Virus record (IMG/VR): IMGVR_UViG_3300017747_005082
Location: 9,618-73,617 of that record
Reading direction: 5' to 3' (one strand)
Source of the DNA: a virus
Taxonomy: Duplodnaviria; Heunggongvirae; Uroviricota; Caudoviricetes
DNA length: 64,000 nt
Position 1 is the stretch's first letter. Each line of letters begins with the position of its first letter. This document shows positions 60,857 through 64,000 of the stretch, in pieces. The notes beneath the pieces were generated by a model that searched no databases, was not told the DNA's origin, and saw only the letters and a program-made list of their open reading frames with translations. The position numbers and the translations under genes were made by a program.

Positions 60857-61330
60857 TTATGCTGTTACTTGTTCAGCAATATTTTCTTGTAATACTTCCT
60901 CTACTGGTGCAGTTGGAATTACTTCCTCTATTACTTTTGCAGGGCGACCTCTTTTAACTGTTCCAACTTTTGCTAAGCGTTCTTGTCTTGCTGATGTTGG
61001 GTTTACTGGTCTTCCCAATTTTAATTCCCCAGCAGCTTTTTTCTCAGCTAATGCTTTTTGTTTAATATTCCAAGCAGATGTTGGGTCAGGTTTTCTACCT
61101 CTTTGTCCAGTTCCTTGTGTTGCCAAACGCAATTGTCTTGCACTGTTTGGGTCTACTTTGCGACCTCTTGTTTCAGTTTTAGCTTGAGCTGCTTTGAATT
61201 CTTCAATTCTTGCTGCAATTTCAGCTGCTTTACCTGTTGTTGGTAGACCTAGATCTTTAGCTTCTACTTTTAATGCATTGTAATCTAATTTTACACCTGC
61301 AACTTCTGTTTTTTGAGCATGTTTGTTCAT
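60857..61330 (-). CDS. SAP/HeH-domain protein with AT-hook-like GRP/GRK repeats (nucleoid-like DNA binder)
   Basis: YNALKVEAKDLGLPTTGKAAEIAARI; repeats RGRKVDPNSARQ, RGRKPDPTSA, LGRPVNPTSARQ, RGRPAK. Confidence 0.6.
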   Translation of the reverse strand: MNKHAQKTEVAGVKLDYNALKVEAKDLGLPTTGKAAEIAARIEEFKAAQAKTETRGRKVDPNSARQLRLATQGTGQRGRKPDPTSAWNIKQKALAEKKAAGELKLGRPVNPTSARQERLAKVGTVKRGRPAKVIEEVIPTAPVEEVLQENIAEQVTA

Positions 61331-62196
61331 AACCTTTAATTTTAATTTTGTTAATTATTTTATTTAAATTTCTATACTGTAAATATACGAATTCTTTTTT
61401 ACTAATCCAAATTTATTTTAATATGTTTTAAAATCTTTTATTAATTAAAAAAACATTATTTAAATGAACTTATATTTGTAAATATACGAAACTAAATTAT
61501 ATAATCCAAATATATTTATAAATAATTTATAGTTATTTTGTTATTAGTTATTATACTACACCGTTGCTTTATTTTTCCCCTACTATACTTCAAGGTAAAG
61601 TTTTTTCACTTCCAGGTCTAAATTATTTATAAACAATATTTAAATGAACTTTTAATTTCACATTGTAAATATACGAATTAAAAATTATAATTCCAATTCC
61701 TTAATTGAAATAAAATATAAGATGACCTACAACTTATATTATTTGAAAAACCTACCACAAATTTTTCATTAAATCCCTCATTTTTATAAGAACGTTTAGG
61801 TTTGTTTTTTATAAATATAGATTGTATCTATTATTTTACCATCTGTTGTTAATTTAATTTCAGGTTTAATTTTATTATTTGAACGTATTTCATTCCCAAA
61901 TTTAGTTCCAATTGCTAAACCTAATATAAATATCATTACAGCCATAAATATAGTAGCTGCACATCCATTTTTTTCATCATTATTCATAACTTTAAGGTAA
62001 ATAAATTCCTATTAAAAATATTGTAACTAATATCTGAATTATTAATAGAAATGATGCAAATACTTCTAATTCTGAAGTTTTGATAGCATTTTTAAAATAA
62101 CCATTAATTCCTATTTTTCTAAATATAATACCTTGTATTATAAATGAAAGAATATAAAGTGTCCACATATTGTTTTAATTTAATTCGTTAATAAAA

Positions 62197-62730
62197 ATAA
62201 ACTATTGTAAGAAATGATGTATTTAATGCATTTACTCAGCCCAATGGGTCATTCTCCTTATGAATGTACAAGGTCTTACAATAGTTTATAAAATAAACTT
62301 CTAATAGCTCTAACTTCATTAGTCTTATATCTTAGCTATTATATCCACTATTTCAGGATAGCTTATCAGATTATTTCAGGGCTTGGTTGTGCTACCTGTA
62401 TTAGAAGTTATTGAGTATTTACAGATTTTTAGAGAGGTATCAAATACACAACGTTATCATCCTCTGTTCCTTTACATTTCTCTGTAAAGTAGGTAGAATA
62501 TTAATAGTAGTCAGAACTTCTTATTTTAAGTCTCTTGATTTTTATTCTCTACTGTCATACTATCAATATTAATTTTTAATCCCTCTGCATTTTATTATAA
62601 TATAATAATCACACCTTGGGAATGTGAAATGATGCATTACTTAAACTCTTACAAGGTTGCACCTTAACTAACACATATTTTTAGTAAGTGTTATATAGGT
62701 AGAGCGAATCATAGCTATCCTGCAATTGGA
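62197..62730 (-). ncRNA. cluster of about six closed-stem small-RNA-like units behind a promoter
   Basis: Terminal inverted repeats of 16, 11, 8, 13 and 10 bp; promoter near 62770; no ORF. Confidence 0.5.
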
Positions 62731-63680
62731 TAAGAGTTTATTATTTATTTCAATGAACTTATTAAATCTTATATTGTAAATATACGAATTTACCTTATAA
62801 TATCCAATACCTTAACTAAGTAAAATTACTTTTCTCACCATTTTATCCTTAGGTGTAGTTTCATCTTCCAAACATTCTTCATATTCTTCTTCTGTAGCAA
62901 TTTGATCTGTTCGATGATAATCGGAGTATTTTGTATATCCTTCAGATGCATCATTGATTTTCCCTGCTAATTCAGTTCTCCAATAATCTCCTGAAGGGTA
63001 TGAAAATTTAACTTCCATAGTTCCATCTTGATCTTCTTCCTCAAAACCTTCCAAATAAAATATTAAATCTTTTCTAGTCATAACGTTTATGTTAATATTA
63101 ATTATAATGTAAATATATGAAATTCAACTTAATAATCCAATACCTATTTTATAGGTCTTAATGATTTATCAATTAGAGACAAGACCATTAAATCAGTAGC
63201 TAGCCATTGTAGCATTTTTACTTTATCTTCCTGACTAAATTTATTAGCGTAAGCTTTAAATTTTTCCTCATTAAAAGAAGTAAATTTTTTATTAATAGTT
63301 ACTTTTGGATAACCCTCTGCTAATTCTCCAAAAGCATAAAGAGTTTCTATTTCTTCAAAAGTTAAAGTTTCCCATCTTCTTCCAATACCTATAAATTCAG
63401 TATTTGTATCACATAATTGGGTTTTGGATAAACTAGATAAATTACTCCACCATAAAATAATTTTTTTCATAGATAATTCATTGTTTGTTAACCCAAACTT
63501 ACCACAATGATTACAAATTCCAGTTTGTACTCCTTCTTTTTCTTTATTGCAGTGATTGCAAATTACTTTAGATGTTTCATTCGTTTTCATCTTTTCTTAT
63601 TTTAATTATTATGTTGTAAATATATGAAACGTAATTTAATACTCCTATTCCTATATTAATATATCCTATTGGATCTAATA

Positions 63681-63971
63681 CTATTCACCTATACCGTAAA
63701 AACTTACTTGTTTCTCCAAATATTCTTTAGTAATAATTTCATTTTGTTTATCTTTTAGTATTTTAGGAAAATCAATTCCTATACTTTTGAAGTGTGTTAC
63801 TAAAGAAGTATAATTTGAAACAGGCATACCATTTAAAGTTAAATCTTTTATCATTGTTGTAATATTTTTATGTTCAACAATATCTCCAAGTTTAGTAGAG
63901 GTACTTATAACTATTAAATTACATTTTACTGAACTAAATTCAATAGGAATTTTAGTTTCTGTCATAGCCAT
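63681..63971 (-). CDS. hypothetical protein, paralog of 56411-56791
   Basis: Shared C-terminal motif; ends in TAG. Confidence 0.55.
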   Translation of the reverse strand: MAMTETKIPIEFSSVKCNLIVISTSTKLGDIVEHKNITTMIKDLTLNGMPVSNYTSLVTHFKSIGIDFPKILKDKQNEIITKEYLEKQVSFYGIGE

Positions 63972-64000
63972 TAAGCTAAGATTTTTTGAGGAAATTTTTG

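Larger units (their letters stand above)
55853..64000 (-). other. region of monocistronic promoter-gene cassettes (probably early genes), mostly small hypothetical proteins
   Basis: About 15 copies of TTGGA...TTC(G/A)TATATT(T/C)ACA, each upstream of a small ORF. Confidence 0.65.

Noticed and set aside
106-61246. Plus-strand ORFs in the track (e.g. 106-288, 9219-9524, 30212-30529, 37387-37614, 61058-61246)
   Set aside because: They are antisense shadows of longer minus-strand genes, hydrophobic or low-complexity, with no motifs.
55853-63650. CRISPR array from recurring intergenic repeats
   Set aside because: Repeats are degenerate promoters separated by whole genes at irregular spacing, and no cas genes are present; the Cas4-like fold at 12451 is a standard phage exonuclease.
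1-64000. Genome-wide TAG recoding (code 15)
   Set aside because: Long genes are intact in the standard code and TAG ends several genes. The only in-frame TAG I found in a recognisable gene is in the Pth2-like gene.

Overview
An AT-rich segment of a large (probably jumbo) contractile-tailed phage. Essentially all genes are on the minus strand. Repeated TTG-N~19-TAnnTTT promoters and SprB-type repeats point to a Bacteroidota host (inference). Layout along the window: 1-14 kb holds accessory, nucleotide-metabolism and replication genes (FAD oxidoreductase, HAD nucleotidase, HxGH nucleotidyltransferase, P-loop kinase, PD-(D/E)XK exonuclease, primase, GIY-YIG). 14.8-32 kb is a baseplate/tail module (gp6/J-like, gp25-like, gp5-hub-like, a 1820-aa LamG/crystallin protein). 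32-36 kb has a sigma-like factor, an HD protein and a glutaredoxin. 36.8-46.8 kb is a dense translation/RNA island. 47-55.6 kb holds small genes, including ten that end in Y-[E/P/K]-I-Y. 55.6-64 kb is made of monocistronic promoter-gene cassettes plus a cluster of small-RNA-like hairpins. The RNA island contains a Ro60/TROVE gene, a RelA/SpoT-type HD hydrolase, at least four Y-RNA-like repeats (one wraps a complete tRNA, one a circularly permuted tRNA), 26 tRNA genes covering all 20 amino acids, a circularly permuted two-piece tmRNA and a leader-peptide attenuator. The best candidate for an undescribed system is an amber-readthrough-gated circuit. A tRNA with a CUA anticodon lies 23 nt upstream of a Pth2-like peptidyl-tRNA hydrolase gene that begins ATG-AAG-TAG and is missing from the ORF track. 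Three more genes in the array each follow a short TAG-terminated upstream ORF coupled to a hairpin over their start region. The genome is otherwise not TAG-recoded. All RNA structures were folded by eye, and no database search was possible.
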